From assembly GCA_013239625.1 (NCBI GenBank), contig MU053588.1:3872799-3936798 (forward strand): a stretch of 64,000 nucleotides of DNA, given 5' to 3'. The notes under the pieces were generated by a model that saw only the letters and a list, made by a program, of their open reading frames with translations, made no database searches and had not been told where the DNA came from. Source of the DNA: Lama guanicoe (Eukaryota). Position numbers and translations under genes: made by a program. Shown here piece by piece: positions 1-12,552 of the stretch; the stretch's first letter is position 1; every line of letters starts with the position of its first letter.

Positions 1-976
1 CTACACTGTATACCACATGACTCCACTCCTATCCGTAAGTAGACCTGTTAACATATTCAACAAAATCAGTAAACAGAGGTGTTTAGGAGCAGGGATCCTA
101 CCAGACTGCCAGGATTTAAATCCCAGCTCTGCCTCTTCCTGGCTGTGTGGCTTGAGTAATCTCCTTAAGCTTTCTCCTCAGTTTCCTCATCTGTAAAATG
201 AGGATACCAATAGTCTCAAGTTCTCAGGGTGACTGTGAAGTTAATATACAAGAGAGAGAGTAGAGGCTTGGACTGGGAGGTGGGAGTAAAGGAGAGAAGC
301 AGGCAAATTCTCAAGATAATTAGGAGGGAAAACTTAAGAGACCTGATGGCAAGAGCTGGTACCAAAGTCCACTGGCTGACCTGCCTCAAAAAGGCACGTT
401 ATGCCTAAAAGATTCTCTCTAGCTTGGGAGTCTGAGTTGAGAGCCATGGGGAAGTTCTGCTAGTTGAGGGTGGAGGCTGACATGGGAAGAAGGCTACCCA
501 AGAGAGTGGCAGCTCTTCCAGAGCAGAGCCGGGCTGTGCTGAAGCCAAGAGTGAGAAGAGAGGGATGGAGCTGACCCGGGAGACAGAGCAACCCTGCAGT
601 TCTGGTTCTGGTGATGCATGTTCTCATGACAGTGGTTCTTAACCTGTGGGTTTCCATCAGGCCCCTCTGAGGTCCCTGACTGTAGATGAGTGTAAAATTC
701 TGCATATTCCGTCAGAGGGTGCATGGACCCCTGATGCCCATTCATGGAGTCCAGGGTAGTATCACCTGCTTTGCAAGAAACCAAGCCCCTGTGTTTTTTA
801 AATAACCCCAAGTGCCTAATGCCCCTTCTCACTCCCCACCTGGATTCTCCCTTATTAGACTGTCTCTGTCTCCTACTTTGCCTTCTCTCTTTCCTTCCCT
901 GCCCCTAGTCTGGGGCTCTAGTTCTTAAATTTCCTTCTCCCCCAAATCCTCTCCTGTGACTTCATCCTTCATCTTT

Positions 977-1122
977 TTTTAATTTTAATTTTTTAAATTT
1001 TGGGGCAGGAGGTAATCAGGTATTTATTTACATGTTTATTTTTAATGGTGGTACTGGGGATTGAACCCAGGATCTTGTGCACGTTAGGCATGCACTCTAC
1101 CACTAAGCTATACCTTCCCCCC
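977..1122 (-). mobile_element. tRNA-derived SINE (camelid Vic-like)
   Basis: Pol III A/B boxes on minus strand, A-rich tail, 15-bp TSD TCATCCTTCATCTTT (962-976 and 1123-1137). Confidence 0.9.
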
Positions 1123-1720
1123 TCATCCTTCATCTTTGCAATCACTCCCCATTCCTGCAGGGGAATGCAGGACTGAAGCTGGTCTAGAACTCATGCCCCT
1201 CATCCAGGTCTCCTGCCCCACAGTCTCCCAGGCCACATTGGCCACATCTTGTGAGCATTTGCTCTGCGTCAGGTTCTTGTTAACTTTTGCCTTCCTGATC
1301 TTGTCTCAGCCTCTAAAAACCCACTTTGCAGATGAGGAAGTGAGATACTAGGAGGTGAAGGGCCCTAACCAAGGTCAACTAGCTGGTGAGTGGCAGGGCT
1401 GAGACATGAGGTAAATCTAAATCCAGACTTAATGAAGACATCATCCCAGTTCCTGGCTGGGCCCTGTACCATTTTATGGAGCAAAGCAGGGAGGGAAGGA
1501 TGGAAGAACAGGACTGGTTACCTTGGAGCTACATGAAGATTTGGTCCAGCCCCTAATCATCCTCGTCTGACAAAGACATTGAGGTCAAGGGAGGAGAAAC
1601 AACTTCCCAAAGTCCTTGGTGACACCACTTACAATACCCAGGCCCACGCTCCCCTGACCCAGGTGGGTGCCCACCTCCCTCCCAGCCTCTTCCACACATT
1701 TCCCCAGGGACTCTCCTCAC

Positions 1721-1833
1721 CTCTGGTCCTCCTCGGGAGTGTTGGCTGACAACAACGACATAACCATGGACTTGCCTGTCCCCTGGAGGCCCAGGACACC
1801 AACCACCAAGACATCAGTCTGATCCAACAGGTA
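1721..1833 (-). CDS. SMG9: SMG9 exon 6 (P-loop NTPase region); gene continues left of the window
   Basis: Encodes YLLDQTDVLVVGVLGLQGTGKSMVMSLLSANTPEEDQ(R) with Walker A GLQGTGKS; cag acceptor, gtgagg donor; 113 nt, phase consistent. Confidence 0.97.
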
Positions 1834-2539
1834 CTGTGGGAAGATGCAGCAATGTGACCCTGAGAAATCTGTCAGTTGCGGGAGCAGAACGGAGAGAGGG
1901 GCCCTGGAGGCTTCCATGGCTCACATACCTGCCTTGTCAGATATGAAGGGAAAACTGTCACGGCCCCAAATCCCCTCAATTGGGCAAAGGACCTCTGTAT
2001 GTGCGTGGTGGTGAGGCATATGATTGTTCTGGGCACAAAGAATGGCATCTGCGAGAGCTCCAGAGTAGAAAAGAACCTGGTGTGGTCAAGACACTAACAG
2101 GAACGCGGGCGGCTAGAACACACTGGGAAAGGGCTGCTTGACTTTTGGGAGAGAAGGGCAGAGGCACAGAACGAGACAACGGGGGAGGACAGGACTGGGT
2201 AACTGAGGACAACTGGAACAGACTCCCGGGAGGTTTTTGGCTTCAGGTAGGTTGGGAAACGGGGCAGCAGTGAGCAGGCAGGGGAGACCAGTCTGTCCTG
2301 TCTGTGGGATTTAAAAGTGTCCTGGAGAATCCTGAGATCTACACCTCAGGGCCACTAGCCCTGCTGACTTTCACCACCAGGGGGTGTAAGAGACGCGCCT
2401 CAAGGAAAAGAGTCAAGTAGTTAAGGTGGCTGCTGCTCCTTAGAGTCACCTGGAGAGCTTTAAAAAAAAAAAAAGGACAGCTAATCCTGGGCCTAACCCT
2501 AGGCACGTTAACAGAATATGAATATCTAGGGTTTGCTTT

Positions 2540-2760
2540 GTTCTATATGATAGAACCTGACTACGTCTGGCTATTTAAATTAAAATTAATTCAAATTAAA
2601 CAAAACTAAAAATGTAGTTCCTCAGTTATACTAGCCACAAATGGGGATGTGTGGATCCGTGCTCAACAGCCACACACAAAGACAGTGGCCACCACATCAG
2701 ATGGCACAAATACAGACCGTTTTCATCACTGCAGAGAGCTCTACTTGGTGGTGCTGAAGG
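2540..2760. mobile_element. MER3/MER33-like DNA transposon
   Basis: GGCTATTTAAATTAAAATTAATT...AGTTCCTCAGTTATACTAGCCAC; a related copy lies at about 54285-54475. Confidence 0.6.
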
Positions 2761-3464
2761 GTGGGGCCTGGACACTGGCTCGCTCGCTCTTTTTTAAAGC
2801 TCCCCAGTTGGTATCAATGTGAGCATGGACATAGAAAGGCAGCAGGGGCCTGGTAACAAATGGGCTTGGCATGCTGTCCTCATAAATCCAAGCTGCTGGA
2901 GAAGGAGAGGGGATACCTGGCAGAATCTGAGCAGGGATGTGGTGACAGGTCGGGGGGAAGGCAGCAGGAGAGGGGAAATGAAGACTGGGAGACTGGAGGG
3001 AGATACAATGGTCCAGGAGGAGATACGTAGAAGATACGACAGAGATACGAAGTCTGAACTAGAGTGGGGGCCGCTGGGATGGAGGGGAACCTCTGGAGCG
3101 TGACATTCAAACCAGTTAACACTAGGACAGCGCGGGTCTCAGCCACTTAGGGGAAGGACTGGAGCAGGCCCAGGAGGGATGGTGCAGGAGATCCCAGCGC
3201 CTCTGCAGTGGTCGTGGCTCCCTCTCTGCTAATCAGTATCAACGTATTTCAGCAGTTCAATGACCAGCACAGCTGAGCTAGCGTAAGCCACTGAAATTCA
3301 GCCCAGCTGGCTGAGAACTTTCCAATCCAATCCCTCTCATTGCTGCAATTGCTTGAAAGCTGTCCAGTCTGGCATCACCTACCAAGAGGGTGGGGAGTAG
3401 GGAGGAGGCGAGGGTGTGAGACCCGGAGAAGGTGGAGCAGGGAGGACCTCCAAGCCCCCAGTAC

Positions 3465-3562
3465 CTCGATGGCACTGTCGCACCAGTTCATCTGGTCATC
3501 CACCAACTTGATGCTGTGTTTCATGCGCTCAGGGGGCAGGAGTTTGGCCTGGCCCACAACAG
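3465..3562 (-). CDS. SMG9: SMG9 exon 5
   Basis: (P)VVGQAKLLPPERMKHSIKLVDDQMNWCDSAIE; cag/gtactg; 98 nt. Confidence 0.96.
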
Positions 3563-3657
3563 CTGGAGACAGGAGAAAGCAGGAGACAAAGGGCGTGCTG
3601 AGGGCCTGTGCGAAGGGGTTCCAGCTCCCATCCAGACCCTGCCTGGCCCCAACTCAC

Positions 3658-3922
3658 GGTCCATGGCTGCTGGTGCAGCAGTGCCCATGCCCCGGTTCTG
3701 AATCTGGTACACAGGCTGCGTGGGCCTCTGCCCTTCCTTCTCCCCCTTGGGTGGCGTGGGGGCCGCAGGGGGTGGGGGTGCGGTGCCCTCGGGGGTTGAG
3801 GCACTTGTCGAGGCCACAGGCCCTTTCCCCTCCTCCCGTGGTTTCATGAGGACGATGGGCTTCTCAAGAGGGGCCGGAGCAGGCGGGGCAGCAGGGGCTG
3901 CTGGAGGCGGTGGCTGTTTTGA
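3658..3922 (-). CDS. SMG9: SMG9 exon 4 (Pro-rich region)
   Basis: SKQPPPP...LEKPIVLMKPREEGKG...QPVYQIQNRGMGTAAPAAMD; tag/gtgagt; 265 nt. Confidence 0.96.
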
Positions 3923-4010
3923 CTACGGAGTGAGAAGGTTCCAGTCACTGGAGGAGATCTTGGCCCTAATTGCTCCCAGCCTCCCTTTCCAAAAATTCTT
4001 CCCCACTCAC

Positions 4011-4085
4011 CCGCTCTGCTGGAGGTTTGGAGAGGATTATGGGGGTTTTCTGCATGACCGACGCGCTTGCCTCTTCGCTGCCATC
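4011..4085 (-). CDS. SMG9: SMG9 exon 3
   Basis: DGSEEASASVMQKTPIILSKPPAER; cag/gtgagt; 75 nt. Confidence 0.95.
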
Positions 4086-6210
4086 CTGCGATCAGGGAGG
4101 GCGGTTACTCAGGAATGGCTCCCCTGACTCCCTGGCCACTCCTTTCCATGCCAGGTACCCACCATTCTGAGTAACTCCTTCAATCCTACCAACAGCTGTG
4201 AGAGATACTATCATCCCCACTTTACAAATGAAGGAATGGAGATCCAGAGAGGTTAACTGGCTTGCCCAAGGTCACACAGCCATTAAACTGTGTAGCCAGG
4301 ATGTGAAACCAGGAAGCCTGGCTCCAGAACCTCCATTTGGCTGCCTCTGCTAGACAAACCAAGGGAGGAGGACCCAGGGCTCTGGAGCTAGATCGAGCCG
4401 GGTTCAAACTTGGCCCTGGCTTTTGCTGGCCATGTGAACGCAGATCAGGGACCGCCCTCACTTAGGCCTGCTTCTTCATCTGGTGAACAGGGATAGAATT
4501 CCTTTCAAGGCTGAAAGTAGACAGGACTTGCTGAGAGCTGTCCACTGGCATTCAGGGCATGGCAGGTGCACACTACCCTGTCCCAGCCTCTCCTCGGCTC
4601 TCCTCCGGGGCTGGCCAAGTCGGCAGGCTGATTCCCACACCTTGTCCTCTTCATGCCTCTGCTGACTCACCCCCGATCTGCTTCAGAAAAGGGAGAGACC
4701 TGAGTCTGAGTCTTATTCTTTCTCTGGTTCCCTGAGTAAGACGACAGAGTCCTGACACCTTTCTGGGTCTGTTCCTTCACCCACATATTGAGGCTACTTA
4801 CTGAAATCCCGTTCACTCACTGGCCTACGGTGAAGGGCGAACAAAAGGATATGAAAGTGCTTTAGTGGGAATAGTTGAGTGGGGAGAGAAGACAACAGCT
4901 GGGAGGCACAATGGTGCCTGACGGCGTGGGGGGAGTCCAGGACGAGGCCCGCTGGGCTATCACTGACACTGGGAGAGCGAGGAATGGCAGGAAGATGCCG
5001 AGGTCAGCGGGAGACATGGGGATGTGAGGAGTCCTCTGCCAGTCAGGAGGCTGCCAGGGCTCAGTTCCAAGGTCAGGGTCAAAGAGAAGAGTCCTGGGAG
5101 CTACTGTTCAAAGACTGAAGCTGAGGTGCAGGAAGATGGTAATGTTCCCCAGAAGGATGTGTGAGGGAGACTGCGTGTTCTCACTTCTGCTGCAACCCCA
5201 GGGGAGGAACAAGCAACAGCCAGGCTCACTGTGAATAAATTTCCTTCATGTTTATAGTTTTATGGCTCAGAAACTGGTCGCAACCGTTACCTTCTTCAGC
5301 TCCACCAAATAGCCCTCAGAGGTGGGTGGAGCCCTGGGGAAAGAACCCGGGGGAGGGGGGCAGGTTCTGGCAGTGAGTCACCTATGCCCAGGAGAGGAGC
5401 CAGGCAGGGGCCACACCCACACCGAAGCCCACGATTCCCAGGCCAGGACACTCCATGGCAGGCAAAACACTGCTGTGCCTGAGGCTCACTTGGTTTGGGG
5501 TTCATGTCCTGGCCCCAAAGCTCATTGACTCTGTGACTTTCTAAGCCTCCTCTCATTAGTGAGAACCAGATCTGCTGTAGGCTCCACTTCATGGAGCTGC
5601 AGGAGCTCAGGAAGACCCAAAGGGTAGAAAGCACCTCTGCACGGAGCCAGCGCACTGCACGCTGCTCAATAAACAGAATCAGCTGCTATTACCATACGAC
5701 TCCTTCAAACATGAGTGCAGGGCACCTCTCGGCTCAAACTCTCCAATGCCAATTCCATGCAGTGAAATCCTAAGTTCTTCAGGGCCTACCAGGTCCCATG
5801 TATGTGGCCCAAGTTCTCCCTCTGACCTCATCCTCTAACACTTTCCCTTCTTCTTCATCCACTGCAGCCACACTGGCCTCTTTGCTACTCTGTGAACTCA
5901 CCAGGTGAAGGCCTCAGGACCCTCGCATCTGCTGTTCCTTCTGTTCTGAGCGCTCTTCAATCAGATTTTGTCATGGCCAGTTTCCTCCACCTCCTTCAGG
6001 TCTCTGCTCAAAAGTCAGTCCTCCAGAGCAGCCTTCTCTGACTGCTTCATTTACAATAGCCCCTTTATCGCCCTCTGAGGGAGGGCAGTCCGCTTTGTCC
6101 CCAGATGTGTCCCTAGCATCAAGATGATGGCCTGGCACCTGGCAGATGCTCACCAAACTGCTGTGGAAGGAGTGGACACATGAATGCTGCCCTTGGGCCC
6201 AGACACTTAC

Positions 6211-6360
6211 CCGTCTCTCTCTTTCCCAGGGTGCAATGTAGTCCCTCTCCCGACCGCCAGGCCCAGAGAGATTCTGGGGGCCACCAGGGCCTGGCTCCTT
6301 CCATCGTCGTCGCCTCTCTATCCCGTAGAGCCCAGGCTGACTGTGCCCAGACTCAGACAT
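6211..6360 (-). CDS. SMG9: SMG9 exon 2, first coding exon (exon starts at 6366)
   Basis: MSESGHSQPGLYGIERRRRWKEPG...WERERR matches the SMG9 N-terminus; tag|GTAACCATG acceptor, gtaagt donor; 150 nt. Confidence 0.97.
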
Positions 6361-6469
6361 GGTTACCTACAGGGAGAAAGAGGTCAATTTCAGGGTGAAG
6401 AGAGTCTCTCCCTACTCTATTTGGCTTACTCTGGACTATTAAGAAGGCACTTCCTTTCAAGAGAGCTCT

Positions 6470-6960
6470 GTGGCTGTGGTGGTGACTGCTAGCTGGCTCC
6501 CAATACCCATTCTTAATTTCTTCAAAGAAAGAAAACCTCCAGTTCTGGGTACATGGCTATCCAGAATACACTTCTCAGCCTAGTTTGCAGTTAGGTGTGG
6601 CCATGTGACTAAGTTCTTTCTGGCCAATGGTATGACACTAGAAGTGTGTCATGACAGCATTCAGAAACTTTTCTTCACAGACTCTGGCACATGTCTTTTG
6701 TCCCTTCCTCCTCCTAGCTGAAAGGAATGTGGGTATGGAGGCTGGAACTCAAGCAGCCACTGTGGTCTGTGAGGCAACTTAATGGAAGGAAGGCAAGGCA
6801 GAACAAAATACAAAGTTCAGGGGTTCCCTATTAACCAACCTTACATTGCCTATCTCTGGAGGCAGTGAGAAACAAATACCCTTCCATCTCTTGCAGCCAA
6901 AACTATTCCCAACTATTAACCACTTAGCCACAAAATAAGTAATAACCCAAAGGAGGAAAG
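6470..6960 (+). mobile_element. MLT1 (MaLR) LTR relic
   Basis: TTGCAGTTAGGTGTGGCCATGTGACTAAGTTCT...GGCCAATGG; boundaries approximate. Confidence 0.65.
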
Positions 6961-7355
6961 TCACATAAAAATGGGACATACTCTTTCTCAAAGTGCAACA
7001 AAGTGTTTCCTTACAAATCTATAACATGATCCCCAGTCTGAAAACTACTCTTTTGATTACACAATACGGGCACATGTAGGGGTGGGGCTGCAGCATTCAA
7101 GGGCCTATTTTCATCTGGTGTCTTACATCTCAGCATATTTACCTTCCATTCCTGATGGTCTGCCATCCATCACACTCCAAGGTCTCACCAGTGTTTAATC
7201 TAAGATGTTATAAAATGTAGGATAAGCTATATGACCCACTCCCTACCATTTAACTAGCTGTTTACAGGTCCCTAGGGAGTTTCCCCAGCTGTTTATACTT
7301 CATTCCAGGGAAGTCTTTGTCTGCAAAACTGTGAGGCCAACCGCTGCAGCTCACA

Positions 7356-7582
7356 GGTCAAGTTGGCAAACTGTAGCCTATGAACCAACTCTGGTCTGCC
7401 CTCTGTTTTTGTAAATAAAGTTTTACTGGAACACAGCCACGTCCCTCAATTTATACACTGTCTATGGCTGCCTTCTTGGTACACTGGCAGGGCTGAGTAG
7501 CCGAGACAGAGACAGTGTGGCCTGCAGAGTCTAAAATAATTAGTCTCTGGCCCTTTACAGAAAAAGTTTGCTGACTCTTGCT
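7356..7582. mobile_element. MER58A-like DNA transposon
   Basis: GTTTTTGTAAATAAAGTTTTACTGGAACACAGCCAC...TTTACAGAAAAAGTTTGCTGAC. Confidence 0.8.
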
Positions 7583-7599
7583 TAGCTCTTAAATGCCTT

Positions 7600-8830
7600 C
7601 ATATCATTCTATGAATCCCCCCACCTCCCACCCCAGTATACAGTGACATTAACACGTCCCTGGGAGACACTTTCCCCAGAACTGACGTTTCTGTTTACAG
7701 GATGCAAAAATAATTTTGCTAGCCAGGAAGACATTTGTTTAGCTCCTCTCTCACTGCTGACCTCTCCTCCAAACACAACTAGGTGGAAGACTGTCTTCTG
7801 AGACAAAGGAAGGCAAGGCCAGTTTACAGATGCTTCTGCAAACTGATTTATTCAGCACTTAAACGACTGTTCAGTCTCAGATGGAGAGTCCCTTCAGAAA
7901 CTGGGATCCCTCCCTCCTTTGCAATTAAGTGTCTGTTTACACATTATTCTGGAAACCTCCCTCGCACTTACTTACATATCTGTCTTCATGCCTCAATGGA
8001 GATCCCACTCTAGCACTAAGGTGTCTGTTTAAATATCTGCGAGGACCCACTTCCCACCCATGTTATTCTGGGAACTTACACAGTATTTGAGTCTATTCAA
8101 CAGTCTCTATGGGGAGCTCCCCAGAATTAAAGGATCTACTTACAAGCATTTTGGGGACTCCCCAATAATTTCCAGGCTCCTCTGGGGATTCTGCCCAAAG
8201 TTATAAAGCCATCTGTGTTCGTTTACAGGACTCTTACAGTAACCTCCCAGAGATTGAGTCTTAATTACAAATTCTTTGGCGGGCTTCCTCAGTACTTAAG
8301 CATCTATTCACATGCCCCTTTAGGGAATCTCCCAGAATCTAAGCGTCTATCTGCAAATTATTTGGAGAGACTCCAAATTCCTAACTCCGTATTTATGGTC
8401 TAATGAAGCACCCCTGGCCGAGAACTTAAGTCTACCCACACTATTTTTCTAAGAACTCTTGAACACTTACACATACAGATACAGTCTCCTATATGGGGCC
8501 TCCTCTACAACTCAAGTCTACCTATGTTTCATTCGGGGGATGCCCCACCATCAGGCATGTGTTTATAAGGCCTCCCGTGGGGAACTCCAGAAGTTCAATT
8601 TCTATGTACCCAGTATCTGGAGATATTTGGAGGACCTCCCAATGTTTAAGGATCTGTTCGGAGGCCCGCTCCAAGTGTTCCCAGAACTTGTTTCTCTTTA
8701 CACGTTACTGGAGGGATCTTCGAGGAACTTTCTGGTCAGTTTACAGGCCCTCTCTATTACAGTCTACAAGAACTGAAGTTCCTACATACACATTATTTGC
8801 CTCCTTTCCACCCTACTCCCGCCAACCCGG
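7600..8830. repeat. Highly degenerate ~42-bp tandem array in SMG9 intron 1
   Basis: Recurring GGGGAnCTCCCCAGAAnTTAAGnnTCTATTTACA-like units, e.g. 8111-8152, 8281-8321, 8322-8363. Confidence 0.6.
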
Positions 8831-8849
8831 TATTTAACCGGTTACTCTT

Positions 8850-10000
8850 GGCTCCGTACACAGTTACGCACACCGCGGGGAGTCCAAGCGACCGGTTAGC
8901 GGTCGAGGAGGGGGCGGGGCCCCGAAACGCGCCCCACGCCCCGCCCCGCGCCAGCCCCGCGCGGGCACGCGAGCCCCTTACCTAAGGCGGCTGCTGATTG
9001 GTTCCTGGGGCGCAGCGGGACGCGCGCTCTCCGTGACGGGGGTGGGTGGGCTGGGGGCGGGGAGTACCACCACAAGCCACCGGCCTGTAAATGGAGTCTG
9101 GGGGTGCCGGGAGTGTGGGAGAGAAAGGGAGAGAACCCGCACCAGTTACTCCAGAACCGGTGTGGGCATTCTAGAAGCGGCACCCAAGGAAGGACAGCCC
9201 GAAGGAGGAAAAGGTAGAGGCGATATCGCGAGGCCAAGCCGAGCTCAGGTCTCGCGGGCTGCCGACCTTACGCACGCGCCGCGGGCTGGGCGCGCGAGAA
9301 CCGAGTGTGAGCGCTGGGCTGAGCATGCGCTGATGGAGATGGTTGGACGCAGCACGCATGCGGATTACGGAGGGGCGAAAGGAGGGCGTTGCGACTCCGC
9401 CTCAGTGCGCGTGCGCTTCGCTGGAGGTATGAGTGGGCGCACAGAAAGAAAGAAGAGGGGGCGAGCCGGGAAATTTGAGGTTCGAGTCCCGCCTTCTCAG
9501 TGGTGTTGGCGGGATGCGGTCGGGTGGGGCGGCAGGGAGGAATTTCAGTGTCCTGGGCTGAGTAAGTGGTGAATGAGTCAGACCTGGCGTATGCGCTGGA
9601 AGATAGCCCGGTCTGTGGAGGGAGACAGCTAGGGGATCAAATCACTTAGGGAAGGGCGAAGGTCTGGTTAGACCTTGAAGGGTAGGGCGAGGGAACCCCT
9701 GGAGAAAGGTCCAGACTGACTAGGACTTACGGAGTTACACCGGGGTGGGAGGTGAGGCAGCAGAGATGGGCAGGTCAGATCTTGAATGCATGTGAGACGC
9801 GGAGTGGTCCTTACGACCACGTAAGTCCCTCAGGGGCTGCGGTGGAGGAGGGATTCAGTACTAAGAGTCGAGATTCAAACGCCTGCGGACGGATCCCTGA
9901 GCGCGCCAAAAACGAAAGCCAGGCCAGAGCGCCGCTCGCGGAGGGCGCATGCGCAGGCCGGAAGGCTTCGCGACTTTTTACCTGGAGCGGGTGGTTGGTT
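8850..10000. promoter_or_regulatory. SMG9: SMG9 CpG-island promoter with non-coding first exon
   Basis: High CpG density, GC boxes, NRF1-like GCGC motifs; minus-strand GTAAGG donors at 9271 and 8981. Confidence 0.85.
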
Positions 10001-10103
10001 GCCAGGGGGAACGACAGATTGTTCAAGAGAAGAGAGGAGTATAAATATATTCATAGATACGTGAGTGGGGAGTTTCCCGTTTTTAATTTGAAATCTTAGT
10101 AGG

Positions 10104-10231
10104 TTTTTTTTCGGGGTGAGGGGAGGTAATTGGGCTAATGTTATTTGTTTTATAATAGAGGTACTGGGGATTGAACCTAGGACCTCGTGCATGCTAAGCA
10201 CTCACTCTACCACTGAACTACACCCCTCCCC
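10104..10231 (-). mobile_element. tRNA-derived SINE (Vic-like)
   Basis: Same head and body as the other copies. Confidence 0.88.
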
Positions 10232-10485
10232 AGTAAAGTCTTAAAAGTTATATTTGAACACAGAATGCATGTACATTCTGACAAAGTTCAAGCAGCCAAT
10301 GGGGTACATGATAAAAGTAAGTCTCCACTCTGGTTTCCATATTCCTCCATTCCTAGAGCACCAGTTCCCAGTTTCCTGTGAGCTGCTGTTACAGCAAAGC
10401 ATTGGAGTTGAGAGCTTGAGCCGGGTTCCTATAAATGGTGGGGGACCTTGGCCAAGTTCCTTAACCCTCTCTGCCTCTAGGTCCG

Positions 10486-10619
10486 TTTTTTTGGAGGGGT
10501 GAGTAGCGGGGAGGTAATTAGGTTTATTTATTTTTCTTTTTATTAGAGGTATTGGGGAATGAACCCAGGACCTTGTGCATGCAAGCATGCTCTCTACCAC
10601 TTGAGCTATACCCTGCTCC
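10486..10619 (-). mobile_element. tRNA-derived SINE (Vic-like) inserted in a MIR
   Basis: Same family; MIR-like sequence on both flanks. Confidence 0.85.
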
Positions 10620-11609
10620 TTGGGTTCCTGTTTCTGAAATGGAGATGTGGGGCACCGGCTGATGATACTGGCAGAGTTAAATGGGTGAAAGTGCCTCGAA
10701 GAGCGCCTGGTAGCACTACGTGCTGTCATTTTGTAGTTTACGAGGATAATGATAGTGATTGAGTCTGAATCGCCCCCTCCCCTCCAGGCCTCATCCCTGC
10801 TACCATTTTCTCAGCACAGGTACCAAGTGGAACCATATCTCCAGGCTGTCACAGGCTGAGTGAAAACAACCACCAGACAGACTGAGTTGAGAGTCCTGTT
10901 GTTTATGGATTCTCCAGAAGACTGTGGGTGTTTGGTGGAGATACACATGACAAGCTACCTTAGTGTTGTGTCTGTCAGTGTCTCTCTTAAGCATCTTCAT
11001 TTGTTAGCTCCTATCGTTTTCTTACCTGAATTTCTCAACCCCATGTTACCCTCCATGCCAGTTTCACATATGGGCAACCCTCAGAGGTGGAACTTTGACT
11101 TAAGGGAAAAGGAAGGACTTGGCGTTGGACCACAGGCCCACTGAATACCAGGTTCTGGCTTACGTACCTCACTCCAACCTTCTCCCCTCCTCATTTAACA
11201 GATGCAGAAAATGAGTCTGAAAGAAGAAGGGCTTACTTGAAGTCCCCATAGCCAGGAAGCATCAGGGCCTGGATTCAAACCCAAGCCTGCCTCACTCTAG
11301 GGCGAGCCCACAGTTTTTCCCTGGCAACAGGCAGCCTGCCTAGTGGTGAGTCAGTGGTGCAATCAAGCACCCAGAGAGCTGCCTTTTCTCTTATATAGTG
11401 AGATGGAATGCTGTTGTATGAATGTACTTTATTTAATCACTTCCTACTGATAAACATTTAGGCTGTTTCTGAACTTTTGCTCTTGTGAACATTTGCCACA
11501 ATTAGTATGCTTGTACATCTGATTGCATGTATATGATAGTATTATCATTAGAATATCTTATTTGAAGTAGAGTTGCTGACTCAAAGGGTACATGCACTGG
11601 GAATTTTAA

Positions 11610-12530
11610 GAGCCATTGCCCAATGATCTATTCATTCCTCAGTTCACTTCTCTGTCCATTTCATTCATTTATTTGTATATACTGAGTGAATTATGGAACT
11701 CCAGTCATCTGCTGGCATGGCTGTCAGCTGGAGATCCTATAGTGAATAGGACAGAGTATCTGTCCTTTAGGAACAATTATCGTAGTGGGGCAGCTGATGC
11801 CAGGTAAAAGATGCTTGAAAGGAAAAATCAGGATAGGAATTGGAAGTGATGGAGGTCACAGAGAGTGACAGGTCTGTCAGGGAAGGCTGCTCTGAAAAGG
11901 TGACATCTGAATAGAGGCCTGAAAGACTGTAAGGAAATGAGCTTCATGAAGATGCTGAAGAACAGTAAGTAGAAAAACCATGAAGTAGGAGTGAACCTGA
12001 GTATTCTCAGAATATCGAGGTGACCAGAGTGGCTGGAGCAGAGTGGAAGAGGATTATTTAGAGATAGAGCTGTAGAGAGGGCCAGGTTGCATGGGGTTCT
12101 TATGGGCCATGGTAAGGGCTTTTGAATTTACTTTCAAGTGTAACAGGAAGCCTTTGGAGGGCTGTGAACAAGGACCAGCATGTTGTGATGTATGTTTTAT
12201 AAAGACTTCCCTTGTGAACATGAAAAAGTAATAACGGGTTGCATGTGGGGGTGAAAGTTATAGGTCAATGTGGATCAGAACCATGAGGAAGACTTCTAAA
12301 GACTTACATTTTTGAACCACGTGACTGTCACCTATGCACATAAAAGCCAAAGTGGCCCTGGCTGCCATGAGGAGAGTAGGATGCAGCTGGGCAGGCCTGG
12401 AAGCAGAAGATGAGGAAGCTGCTGTCCCTGCCTGGACGAGAAATGATGGTGACTCAGGAAGAGGGTTGTGTGAGAGGAAGCATGAATCAGGGATGACTTG
12501 AAAGTTATCCTGAAGGTTTGGGCCCGACCA
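11610..12530. mobile_element. L2 fragment(s); many other unlisted L2/MIR pieces occur across the window
   Basis: TTCATTCATT tail, CAGGGAAGGCTGCTCTGAAAAGGTGACATCTGA, GGCCATGGTAAGGGCTTT. Confidence 0.6.
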
Positions 12531-12552
12531 AGTGGGTGAAGAGTGATGCTTT

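Noticed and set aside
7600..8830. Repeat array read as a CRISPR array or decayed C2H2 zinc-finger exon (84-bp period)
   Set aside because: Mammalian intron, no identical repeats with unique spacers, and no CxxC/HxxxH or TGEKP pattern in the translations
9033..9572. 179-aa plus-strand ORF over the SMG9 promoter
   Set aside because: GTG start; Arg/Gly/Ala-rich artefact typical of CpG islands
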